DNA from: Hydrolagus colliei
Taxonomy: Eukaryota
Assembly (NCBI GenBank): GCA_035084275.1
Contig: CM068744.1
Coordinates: 53,568,001 to 53,632,000, forward strand
Length of the DNA stretch: 64,000 nucleotides
Reading direction: 5' to 3'
In this document: positions 1 to 12,200 of the stretch, piece after piece
Position numbering within the stretch: the stretch's first letter is position 1
Layout: every line of letters begins with the position of its first letter
The notes under the pieces: generated by a model
The model's input: only the letters and a program-made list of their open reading frames with translations
Databases searched by the model: none
What the model was told of the DNA's origin: nothing
Translations under genes and position numbers: made by a program

Positions 1-602
1 ATTAAGGTAAATACAGTTAACATGCATTTATTCCCGTGTGTCTATATCTCTGTGTTACCACCCCATCCCCCCCTCTGTTTCTCTCTCTGCAGGTCCCTGT
101 CTGACTGTCTGATCGCTGCAGATCCTGGCCCAAACTTACTCCCCCTGTCCCCAGGTATGTTTTATGTGTTTTTCTGTGTTTCCCATAGGGCCCTGTGTGC
201 CTACGTGCTGAGCTTTTTGTCGGGTCAAAAAACGTATTTTACCAAGAACAATCGTACTGCCATATTAACTTCAATTTACAGTACTAAATACGGCAAAAAC
301 GTACTGGTTGGCAGCTCTGCAGTGCCTTCAATCATCCTCATACCCTTACCCTCCCCACCCTCCACTTGTCCTGATCCCAACCACCAGCTCAGCTACATCT
401 CCATGACTCTCCAGCTCCTTTGTACATCCTGCTGATGTGAAAGACGCCATAAAAATTTTATTTGTTGTATTGTCTTTAAAAGATAAAAGGTAGAACACAA
501 GTCTAGACTGCAATGTTCTTATAGCAAATATGTTATGAACACGTGTTCCAATAAAGTGATGAAAAATAGCCAGGGAGGAAAACAATGATTGTGATGCCTA
601 AG

Positions 603-1310
603 TCATAATAATAATAATCCTTGCATTTAATATAGCGCCTTATCACATCTCAAAACGCTTGAGACATCTCAAAATGCTTCAAGGAATAAATTGGAAAGTG
701 AATTGATTGTGTATTTTATTGGCAAAAAGCAGCAGACAATTGTGCACAGCAACGTCCCACAAACAGTCATGGATTGAGTGACCACATTTTGTTTTTAGAG
801 AGTTTAACCCCAGAAAGCCATCTGCCAATTGTCTAATGATCAGGTTCCTATTTACTGCTAGGTAAACAGAGGTGTGTGAAGTAAGGAAACTTGCCAAAAG
901 TTTCACGACACATGCCCATGAATTAGGGTCCGGCGATATATCAGTTATATCCGATATAATTTTCATATCGATATGGCGGTATTGGAATTTAAAATATATC
1001 GATATATCGGAAAATTCGATATATAGAGAAAAAATCGATATATCGCAAATATCGATATATCAGTATATATCGGTATAATGCGGACTTTTTCAACTTACCT
1101 TGTCGATATCCGAATGCCCGCACACACACTGGAATGCGCGCGCATGCGCAGGACAAAAAACCCCGCGATATCGATATATCGCCGATATCAATATATCGGT
1201 GTATATCGATATGGGCAAACCGATATATCGATATCTGAAAATTTCCATATCGATGGACCCTACCATGAATCAAACCTGGGTCCTCTCGCTTGCCACTTTG
1301 GTGAAGTATT
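603..1310 (-). mobile_element. tRNA-derived SINE with L2-type tail (dominant family), split by a hAT MITE
   Basis: (TAA)n tail, CCTTGCATTT...GAGACATCTCAAA body, head resumes after 1270. Confidence 0.85.
924..1262. mobile_element. hAT-type MITE (CGATAT-rich)
   Basis: TIRs TAGGGTCCNNCGATAT; perfect 8-bp TSD CCATGAAT (916-923, 1263-1270); splits a SINE. Confidence 0.92.
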
Positions 1311-1525
1311 CTACACTATATCATGATGTGTTTATGAACAAATAAAACTTCTCTGCATGATGAAAACTTAATGAAAGGTATGTGGATATGCATGCCCAAA
1401 AGTCAAAAGATATTGATCAAATCATCATAAGAAACTATCTTTACTAACAACTATCCCTATCTATTTAATTCTAAATTAAAATAGTGTGTACATTTACAGA
1501 TGGGATTTTTGTGCTTTTAACTTAC

Positions 1526-1666
1526 CATGAATACTACTTTTGAGGTAAATATGTTGTCCTATAGGCACTTCTAAGTGACATCCAGGGGGTAGCTGAAAGC
1601 AAAGCAGTCTGGTGTCATGTGTGACATCTGTCTTTAAGAGTAGCTTGCATTTCCGGTAAAAAAGAC
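1526..1666 (-). CDS. CYB5R4: CYB5R4 exon 11 (141 nt)
   Basis: ctgcaaag|(G)[46 protein letters not shown](G)|gtaagt. Confidence 0.97.
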
Positions 1667-4600
1667 CTTTGCAGGAGAGAGAAAAATCACCATTTTAATA
1701 TGAACAGTCAATAGAAAAACTGAACTATTTCCATCTTGTGTTTTTGAATCGCATCCCCAACCTAGGTAGACACATTATTTTTAACCAAACTGTTACTGTT
1801 TGTATAATTTAGAAAGTATAATGCCAAGCTCCTTTTTTTGAAACACATTGTATAATCCTGCCACATTTGATTTTAAATGTATTTAAAGAGCAACAGTTTG
1901 AATTAAAACAGTAGAATCACAAGAGATGAACATGTGTGGAAGTCAAATACAAGGAACATAGTACAAATTATTTCAATATGTGAACAATACGATTCTCGTT
2001 TGATTCTGATCCATTTTCCTTAACTGTAATATGTCCAGCTCAGGCTTCGGCTCAGTTAGAGACATCTCAACCCCAAATGAATAACCAGGTGACACTCACA
2101 TATGGGATCACATATAGAACAGTGCTATTTCATCAAGTTGACTAGATGTTTTTGCTTCCATTTCTCTCGTGAAGATACGTTGGAGGAGTCTGCTAGTGCC
2201 TGTAAAGTCCCCCTCTAACATATCTTCAGGAGAGAAATGGAAGCAAAAAAATGTAGTGTTGGCAGGAAATGGAAAATGAGTGGGAGCAATCTGGATTTCC
2301 AACACAAATCTAGAAAGGCGAATCACAAACAGCATACATGGATCGCAAGAAAGAAAGATTTGTGGTAGCAGTGCAGTAACTGCAGTTTAAAACAGGTAAA
2401 AACATATGACACAGATTGAAGAAAAGCAATTGGCTGCAGTGTTTCGTACACAAAATATGCAGTCAGTTTACTTTACAGGGTATCCTGTGAAGTTCGTTGA
2501 GACGTCTCAAAGATGTGATAAGGCGCTATAGCAATACAGGGGTTATTTTTTATTATTAAATAAATGGATCCATATTTCTACCTCGATCAGATTTCTTTTT
2601 CCGCGAGTCATGATTTTCTAGAGGTAGTCCAAGATCACTCCACATTGTGTTGTCTGTTTTTTTCATGCATAATTCAATTTTTCCAACTGTGTTTGCATAA
2701 TGCACTGAAGCAAAAGAAAAAAAGGACAATCAACATATTTATGATGATTTTGAACCAATCACGAGTGAATTCAGAAAGCACTTTTTCACATAAAGGATTT
2801 TAAACTATAGAATTCACATACTGGAAACAAATAGTTTCTACAATTTTTTTTAATGCAGCTAATGTTATGAGTTTATAAAACATCACAGACAATAAAACAC
2901 ATTGCAGGAGATTACTAGAAAGAAGTATTTTAAAGCTTATGAAATTTCACTAGGTTATAGCGTAGGATTTTAGCAAACTTATTTTGAGTTAAAATTTACA
3001 TCACTTAATTTTATGAGAGCCACTGAAAAGTCTGAAACCAAATTAAAAATTGCTTTGACCAGTGAAAAATCAATTTAAATAATTTCTATTAACAACAATT
3101 TAAATAAATATTCTACATACCAGAAATCACTTCTTGAACTTCATGACTCAACTCTGTAAGAAAGGAAGTGGAAGTGAAGATACTGACTGGTCTGTATTTA
3201 TTCAGAGATTTCAGCTTTGAGATTTTTCTTTTTTAAATTTACTGCTTCTTACTCAATCACCTTCACCTTCAACTGATAAGACAACTGAGTCACCTGTTTT
3301 TCTTTCTAAAAACAAAACCTTGAGTACAAAAAGAGCAGGGTTTTTTTGACCAATAAAATGTATTTAACTTTTTAAAGCAGCTCATTAATCGATTTAATTG
3401 TTGCATTTTAGTCTATGTTTAAAGAAAATAGATATGGTCAACAGGTGTCTGACATCTGCAGAATCCAGTCAATGTGCTTAAGTGTATCCAGACCAGACTG
3501 AGTTCTACATAACTATCCTCTTACAACATACCAGTTGTCTGGAATTGAGTGATACACTCTGCCTTCTTGATTCTGGGAAAAATAAGGCCCAAGTTACAGC
3601 CCGATAACACAGCAAACAACAATAATGTGCATTTAGATAGCGGCCTCCAAACCAGGCAGCGTCTCAGAGCACTTCACAATGGCGGAGCCCGAGGCCGAGC
3701 CATGGGGGAGGGGAAGGTGACCATCAGCACAGTTGAAGAGAAAGGTCTTCAGGCACAACCTGAAAATGGGGAAGGAAGGGGGTGAGGTGAAGGGGTTGAG
3801 GGAGGGAGTTCCAAAGTTTTGGGGTATAGTGGCTGAAAATAAAACCACTGATAATGGAGCGGAGGTTTCGGGGGACAAGGAGGAGGATGGGACCCAGTAG
3901 AGCAGAGGCAAGGGATTCTGCTGTGAAGGTGGAGCAAGGTAGAGAGGTAAGGGGTGCCAAGGAGTGGAGAGATTTAAAAACAAGAGAGAGGATCTTGAAG
4001 ACAATCCGCTCTGTGACAGGGAGCCAGTGGAATTTGGCATGGATTGGGGTAATTGCAGTACAAATTTTGGTATGGGTGAGAATGTGGCCGGCGGAGTTCT
4101 GGATGAGCTGAATTTTGTGAATGATGGAGAAGGGGCCACTGGCAAGGAAGGGCGTTGTGAGTTGTCCAGCCGAGAGGTGACAAAAGACATGGACCATGCC
4201 TTGATACTTCCTCCCAATGTGAAAGGCGCTATATAAATGCACGTTGCAATGTTATGTTTGTTGGGAGTACTGTGGGAGTTTATCCATGAAAACTGCATAG
4301 CTTGCGAAAGGGAGCATTGTTTGGCAAGCTTCCTGGTGAAATTCTTGCTAGGAATACCATTTAATTAGGACTTTGGTACGCAGGATTAACAAGATCCCAA
4401 TAGAAAGCTCTATCCCTGGGTACTGCTCTTCCCCTCCATGTTTTGCTGAGAGGACAGATTAGCTGATCTATCCGAATTGCCCTGAGCAATGCAGACCTTC
4501 CTGATTCAGGCACTAAACTACCAAGACAGCCTCAAATGGTTGAGCTGATTCTAATATTCCATTTCTAGACAAGGTCATCTCCAAACTGATCTTGGTTACT

Positions 4601-6262
4601 TCCGGACAAGTAGAATAGATCATCAGCCACCTGACAACACCAGGTTTGAGCCTTATTGGGTGGATAGCAGATGAGCAGAACTCAGCATGAAAAGCATAAT
4701 TCAATGAATGCGTGGATGAATTCCTTGCATTTGATGCATCGACTTTCACATCAAAAGAATCTCTCAAAATGCTTCACAGGATTCACTGAAAAGTGTAGCG
4801 ACTATATTTTATAGGCAAACATGGCAGTCAATTTGTGCATAGCAATGTCACCAAAATAACTATAGCCAATTTTATTCGAAGGATTGTTCTCCAGGACATT
4901 CCAATCAAGGTGGATACCAATCCATGGAAAAGTGAGTGTATTGGTAAACTGTTAATAATTCACAAAGGTAGGGAAGTACTGCGTGAATTCTGATTTAGAG
5001 TCCTGCTCCTAAAAATACCATAAGACATGGTTTCAAAAGTCGTATTATTCCCAGTATAAATCTTAATTACTTAAACTCTAACCAAATTTAAATAGGATTA
5101 CATAGAAATAATAAAGGTTAGATTAATTAGAAAAGGTTTAATAGCTTGTCTTGGAAGATGGGTCACTGAGAGGAGAATGAATCGATAACGTGATAAATCC
5201 AGGCTAAGACTGGATTTATCTGCGCTTTCTCTTGACCATTAGTATCAGGGAGAATACTTACTCATGTGAAAGACATAATAAGATTCTTCGAGATGAATCT
5301 CTGTTCTTAGCACACCCTCTGTTACATCTATGATCACGGAATCCGAAGTAGTATCCTGCGGAAGAGGATTTCACAAATCAAAACCTTCCACGGTTAACAG
5401 GTCAAAAGATTCAGATGCATTAAATATTTATGGTTACTGAGAATTAATGAGTACAGTACTTCTCAAACAAGGGAATTAGATTAGCTTTGAAAAAAAACCA
5501 ATATAGTGGGTTCTAGGGGAAAAGCCAGGATATACAGCTCCTGTAGAGGAGTTAGTAGATAATGATTAATAAAGCGAATGGCCTGCAGCAATATTGTCAT
5601 GATAATAATAATAATCCTTACAGTTGTATAGTACCTTATCACGCTGGAAAAATGTCTCAAGCATTTCATGGGAATTACCAGGAAATGGGGTGACTGTGTG
5701 TTTGTTGTCAAGCACGACAGCATAGCTGTGCACAGTAATGTCACAAACTGCTGTAAAATTAATGATCAATTTTATTTGAGAGATAGTGGCCGGAGAAACT
5801 ATTTTTACCTCATCTGACAACCCCAAACAATGCAACAGTCTCCCCAGCATTGCTTTGTAGTGTCAGTTTAGACGATGTGAGTTCAAGTTCCCGCATGGGA
5901 TTTGAACCCACAATCTTCTTTCCGACTCAGAGGTGAGAGTGCGACCACTCAGCCAGGATAACAACTGCTTCCATTTTATCACCAGATGTTAGAAACTAAA
6001 ATTCCTCTGGGAAAAACAGACATTTGTGAACAACAATGGAATACTAGGCAGGCAACCATTAATTGTTTTGTGCTATTTCCCACCAAAATGTGATATTACA
6101 TACATTTCTGAGCATACAATTAAAACATTACTTACTCCTTTCAGTTTGGTAGCAGTTGACGTTCTACTTTAGGCATTAGTGTTGATGTTGCAACTTGATG
6201 GCCCAGTACCTTTGCGGAATGTACTATATAATGATTTCAAAAGTGGGATAACCTAATGATTC

Positions 6263-6295
<33 letters not shown>

Positions 6296-9200
6296 CCTTG
6301 CATTTGATATAGCACTTTTCACATCTTTTAGACATCTCAAAGCACTTCACAGAATATACTGTAAAGTGAATTGACGGTATATTTGGGGACGAAACGTGGC
6401 AGCCAATTTCACACAGCAGTGTCCCACAATTAGTTGTGGATTGAATGTCCAAATTATTGTTTTTTTTGAAGGTCTTATTATCACCGGAAAAGCGATCCAC
6501 CAATCGACTAACAACTGGGTTCCTACTTACTGCTAGATAAACAGAGGCGTGTGGAGTAAAGAAACTTGCCCAACATTTTGCCCTGCTGGGAATAGAACCC
6601 AGGTCACTTGCGAGGAACGTTCTCCAACCATTGAGCTACAGGACTCCACATATGGAGTGTCAATGCAAACTGTGTTCCCCGGAAGAACAATAAACCAGTC
6701 GTTACAAGTGAAATTGACAAAAACATGAAGGTCTGACCAACATTTTGGATAGAAAATAATGTGCAAAGATCTAAAAGTACTGTAGAGCACTCAAGAGTGC
6801 ATTACAGAACTAAAAATGAACATGAGGATTTTACAGCTCTGGAGCATAAACACTTATTTTGTGTTTTTATTATGTAAAATCTCTTCCAAATGTATAAATG
6901 TATAAATTATACTGTGATAGCCACTATACGAACCTCAGGCATTCACAAACAAATAGCTTAATTCATCGTACATAAGTAAAAATACACCTATTGCTGAGTG
7001 GTCACACAAAGTTTCCAGGCATTGTCTCATTTTAACACAAATTATGTTTCTATTCATTATACCTATTTACAACATTATGAACATAATAAATAATAAAACA
7101 AAAATACAATTTACATCCTTAACCCTGATTTTAGATACATTTGTGTATTGCCAGCAAACAATTTCAATCGCAGAGAAATGTGAGTTTTCATTTCTGTAAC
7201 ATTCATTTTCCTTGGTAATTTACTGCTGGTTCTGCAGCAAAATGCAAATAAAAATATACAGCATCTTTGGCTCTGGCAACAGGGATTTTATTCAGTCCAG
7301 TGTCTATCAAACTCATTCTATAAAGGAAGGGTTAGGAACTTATTTAGATTTTCGAATGACTTGTACACAGACGAGCACTATGACCACACCAAGCCCTCTA
7401 AAAGTAACAGTACACTACCCTTACGTATTTACTTGTGATACATTTCAGGTAACAGTTTGCTGAAATGCCTTGCGAGACTTAGTGCAATAAACCATCACTT
7501 AATTCACTTTTCACCGAACACGCTAAATAATTCTCCTGCAAATATAGTCACAACACTTTACAATATATCCTGTGAAGCACTTTGAGACATCCTCCAGGTA
7601 AGCACTATAGCAAATGCATTATTATTTTAACTCAACAAGACAACCATCACTCCTTATTTACCAAGTTTAATCTGACAAAAAATATTTAATACAGTCGAAG
7701 ACTCTTTCCTTCCCTTCTCCCATACCCAAAACGTAAATGCCCCAGTTTGGACGACTACTAGATTTATCTACTCTGCAATAAGAACACAATATGTGCTGAT
7801 ATTACATAACATCAAGCATCAACAATGGTTTAATTCTCAAACACATACCTTTTGTTTGGTGTACATAACAACTGTGACAGCATCTTTAGTCTGAAACCAT
7901 TCATACCTGGTAACATTGAAAAAAAATAGGGTTGCATTGGTAATATTTTGTTTCTTTCTCAACTCTGAACATAAAGCTGCATTTCCAAAATCAGATGATT
8001 CACAAGTACAAAGTTAGGCGATACTGAAGTGGAGGACTTTTCAGTAGAGGATTCATAGGTTAAATGAGAATGAAGTAAAAACACAAGCATGACGTAACCG
8101 TGAAAATAAGTTGTAGTATATTAAAAAAATGGTATAATCTGGGATGGTGAAGATAATGGCGAGAGGCAAGATTGCCCTACAAACCAATCTAATTGGTGAT
8201 TTGACAGTGCAACATATGGATGGCAACTTTTTTGGGGGGTGGGGGTTACCCGTCTTAATATAGCTTTTGCAGTCTAACAAAAAGAGTCATGAAGGGGAAG
8301 CTTTACCAGAAATGACCCTGGCTCGGCATGAATGAGGATACTTCCAAGTTGTAAATAAATATCGGAAAAGGTTGATTAAGTAATTGATCTACAAATATTA
8401 ATACTTCATCCCTAATGCTCACAGTGCAGGTCAAAGGACTACAAAAGTAGCACAAATATGGGAGCATTGGTAAATCAAGCAACAGATAAATATTGGGTTA
8501 AAAAGTTATTTCCTTGCGCCATGGGATGTCCTCAAGATATGAAAGGCTCTATACAAATGTAATTTTGTTGTGTATTGGAATGTGTTGTTTACCTCCGAAC
8601 TATATTTCTACTGAAGAAATCAAAGAGAGCTACAAAGATTTACAAAGATAAGGCAAATTTCTACGATAAACCTTGCTAACAATACCCTTCCTAGTTATTG
8701 GTCCGCAATACAACTAGAAGATACCCACTAGCTCAAAACCATAGAGAAAGCTGGACAGCTGAGACAGAACATTTAAATCTAATCCTTATTTCATTACGTA
8801 ATTAAGAACATGCGTAATTCTCTCTGTACAAATGGTTTGCACAGTGCCAATACATCTGTGCACAATTTATACACGTACATAGTGACAACACCTAATATCT
8901 TCTAAACTGCAAGATAGTGCCCAGTATTAAGCAGGCCAAAACCAAATGCTTACGTGTTACTGTATGGAATGCGATCACCACATTACCATACAGGAACAAC
9001 AAGAAATAAGTATTTAATAATATGAATTTTATTCTGCAAATATCCTGTCTTTATTATGGAGAAGATCAGAAGCCCAGAAATTGCTTCTGCAACATTAGAT
9101 TTTTAGAGCCACTGACAGCAGTATGCTCGCACAAACTGAGCCTCAATGAAAACAAATACAATACCTACCTCGGTGAAACATTTCTTAATGTTTTTTCAAA

Positions 9201-12200
9201 CCCACCATCAGGAACACTTGCACCTGTAAAAGACATTTAAATAGTATGACATAGTCTTGTAAGTGAAATAGACTTTGAAGAGAAGTAAATAAACACCCTA
9301 TTGTCACTTTCTCAAATAATAGTCCTCCAGAATTCAACTTGATTCTTAACCATGCGTTAAACCAATACCTTTTAAATGTAATATTTTATTGGCTTTTCAC
9401 GATGTCATAGCATGACATTATACCAATTCATAGCATAGTACCAATTCTAGAACTAGTCAGCAGCCACAGATAGCGGCATTCATAGGGCTGCGGCACTCAA
9501 AAGGATTAAGGCTGATAATAAAATATGTAGTGACAGCTGGGTTAGCTTCTTGAAGTTAATTTAGGGTTAAATCACATCCACTTTAAAAGAGTTTATTTTA
9601 TTATGACATACCGTTTAGTAATGTCCTCTTTGACATTTTGACACAAGACCGATCAGAAACTGGAAAGGACAAAAATAAAAGACCTAATTAACACAGCGAG
9701 ACAACAACAACAAAGTAACATTTATAGAGTGTTTTTCACATCGGGAGGCCATCCCAAGGTGCTGAACAGTTAGGTCGAGACCATGTGGATCAACAAATAG
9801 AAAAATGGAGCAGTTTCCTCTGTAAAATGACATCATGTATAGGTTCCAGGATCCTATTTCTGGCTTCTACAAAAGTACACATATACAACAATCCTTACAA
9901 TCCTTGCATTTGATATAGCGCCTTGTCGTGTCTTCGAGGCGTTTCAAAGTGCTTCACAGAATACACTGTGAAGTGAAACAGAAACAGAAGTTGCGGGGAA
10001 CATTCAGCAGGTCAGGCAGCATCTGGTGAAGGGTCATGGACCCGAAACGTTGACTCACTGTCCTTTCTTCGTAGATGCTGCCTGACCTGCTGAATGTTCC
10101 CAGCGACTGTTGTTTCTGTTTCAAATTTCCAGCAACTGCAGTATTTTGCGTTTTGACACTGTAAAGTGAATTGACTGTTTTGTGGATGAAACATGGCAGC
10201 CAATGGTGCACATCAATTGTCACAATGTCAAAATAATTGTCAATACAATAGCAATCTGGTTTCATTGTGCAAACAATGATTAATACAGTATCAGTAAATT
10301 TAAAGATAATATAAATGCAGATTAAGTAAAGGTACTGCTTGCAACCAAAATTAGAGTCACAACAGGCACCAAGAATTCCATAATGGAACAGAGACTGCAT
10401 CATAGCCAGCAATGCTAAACACTACCTCAATAAATTAATAAATTAAATTAAGCAAGAACAAGCGGATTACAATGTCATAACTGTGTACGGATCACCACCT
10501 CGTGAACAGAAAGATGATCATCAAATCATCAAAAGGACCAAGACATGGATAGCACACAAAATCCTGTAGTTCTCCAATGGGAAGAAAAGTAAACAAATTG
10601 TTGATAGCCTGAGAAAATCAACTAGTATCTACATAAGCATACAGGAAAGGAAACAAGACTGATTTACAGTTATTTCTCCAGGCATGCGTTATGCAAAAAT
10701 GGATTGCACACTGCCAGTATTGCTAGGTTGGTTCCTGGGATGAAGGGATCTGACCAATGAGAAGGCCTATATTCTCTAGAATATCGAAGAATTAGAGGTG
10801 ATTTTATAGAAATCTATAAGATTCTTAAGGGGCTTGACAGAGTAGACAGTGGAGACTGTTTCCCTCGGTAGGAGAATCTATAACAATGGGTCAGTGTTAA
10901 GATTAAGGGTCAGCCTTTTCGAACAAAGTTGAAGAAACTCTTCTTCGCTCAGAGGGTAGTGAATTTATGGAACTCTCTACCCCAAAAGGCCGTAGATGCT
11001 CAGTCTTTGAACATATTCAAGACTGAGATTGATAGATTTCTAATGGATAGAGGGATTAAGGGATATGGTGATAAAGCGAGCAGATGGAGTTAGATTAGAA
11101 GATTAGCCATGATTTTATCGAATGGCGGGGCCGGCTCGAGGGGTCAAATGGCCTACTCCTGCTCCTAATTCCTAAATTCCTATGTATTCAAATTAAATGG
11201 TAAATAAACATTTAAAATTATTCTTTGTGTAAACCGTCTCAAAACAGACGTTTGATGAAAATGTTTTCCAAATCTTCACGGAAAGGCAAAACACAAGAGT
11301 ATAATTATGGAATGTATCATGCTATATAGCCACATCTACCCACCCACCCAACCACCTTCACATCGAGAGGACGTCCCAAGGCACTATACAGTCAGGGAGG
11401 GACAAGGGCAGAAGGGGAGGGGTTCGGGCAGGGGGAAGGAGAACAGGAAAATTGACTGTATATTTGTGGGTGAAATGCAGCAGCCAAATTGCGCGCAGCA
11501 GTGTCCCACAAACAGCCATGGAAATGGGGCCGGGGAGAAAGGGGGAAAAGAGGGTAAGGGAGGAGAGGGAGTGAAAAATGATGTGGGGTAAAGTCAGGGA
11601 GGAAGAGGGGGGAGAAAAGGGGGTAAGGGAGAGAAAGGTGGGTCGGGGGCAAGTTCAGGGAGAAAGGGGGGTAAGGGGGAAGAGGGGGGGAAGGGGGAAA
11701 GGGGGGAGAGAAAGGGGGGAAAGGGAGTGAGGAAAGAAGAAGGGAGGAGGCCAGGAGGGGGGGGGGGGGGGGGAATCAAACAACAACAATCAACAAACAA
11801 AAAAAAAACAATAGTTCAGTAACCGCTCCTTGTCCTCGCCGCCCGCCTGGACCATCTTTAAAATGGCGGGAAACACCACACCAGGGCCCAATGTGGTGAC
11901 AGGCTCCAAAACAGACCGGCTCCTCAGGTGACGACTTGGTGACGGCCCTGGTACCTCGGACACGGCGTGTCTGGCCAGCTCGCCCGGCAGCAGCAGCCTC
12001 ACCGCCGTCTGGATCTCCTGCGACGAGATGATGGGAAAAGGCCTCGCCGGGGAACCACTTGAAGATGTCGTTGTCGAGCGAGTTCACGACGACGAAATGC
12101 CCATGTTTGGACTGTAACACTGTCTTTCCTTATGTCCAATTCACTTTGACGTGAGGTAGTACATTAGCCACAATGCAGAGGATGCGTCACAGATTCCAGC

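Noticed and set aside
872-1345. Cluster of I/Y/R/S-rich ORFs (also 41852-42529)
   Set aside because: Translations of CGATAT-rich hAT MITEs; no transposase motifs.
5192-5220. 11-bp inverted repeat GATAAATCCAG near the exon 8 donor
   Set aside because: Short enough to be chance or a small local duplication; no other support.
11392-11800. Proline/leucine-rich ORFs
   Set aside because: Translation of the low-complexity purine tract.
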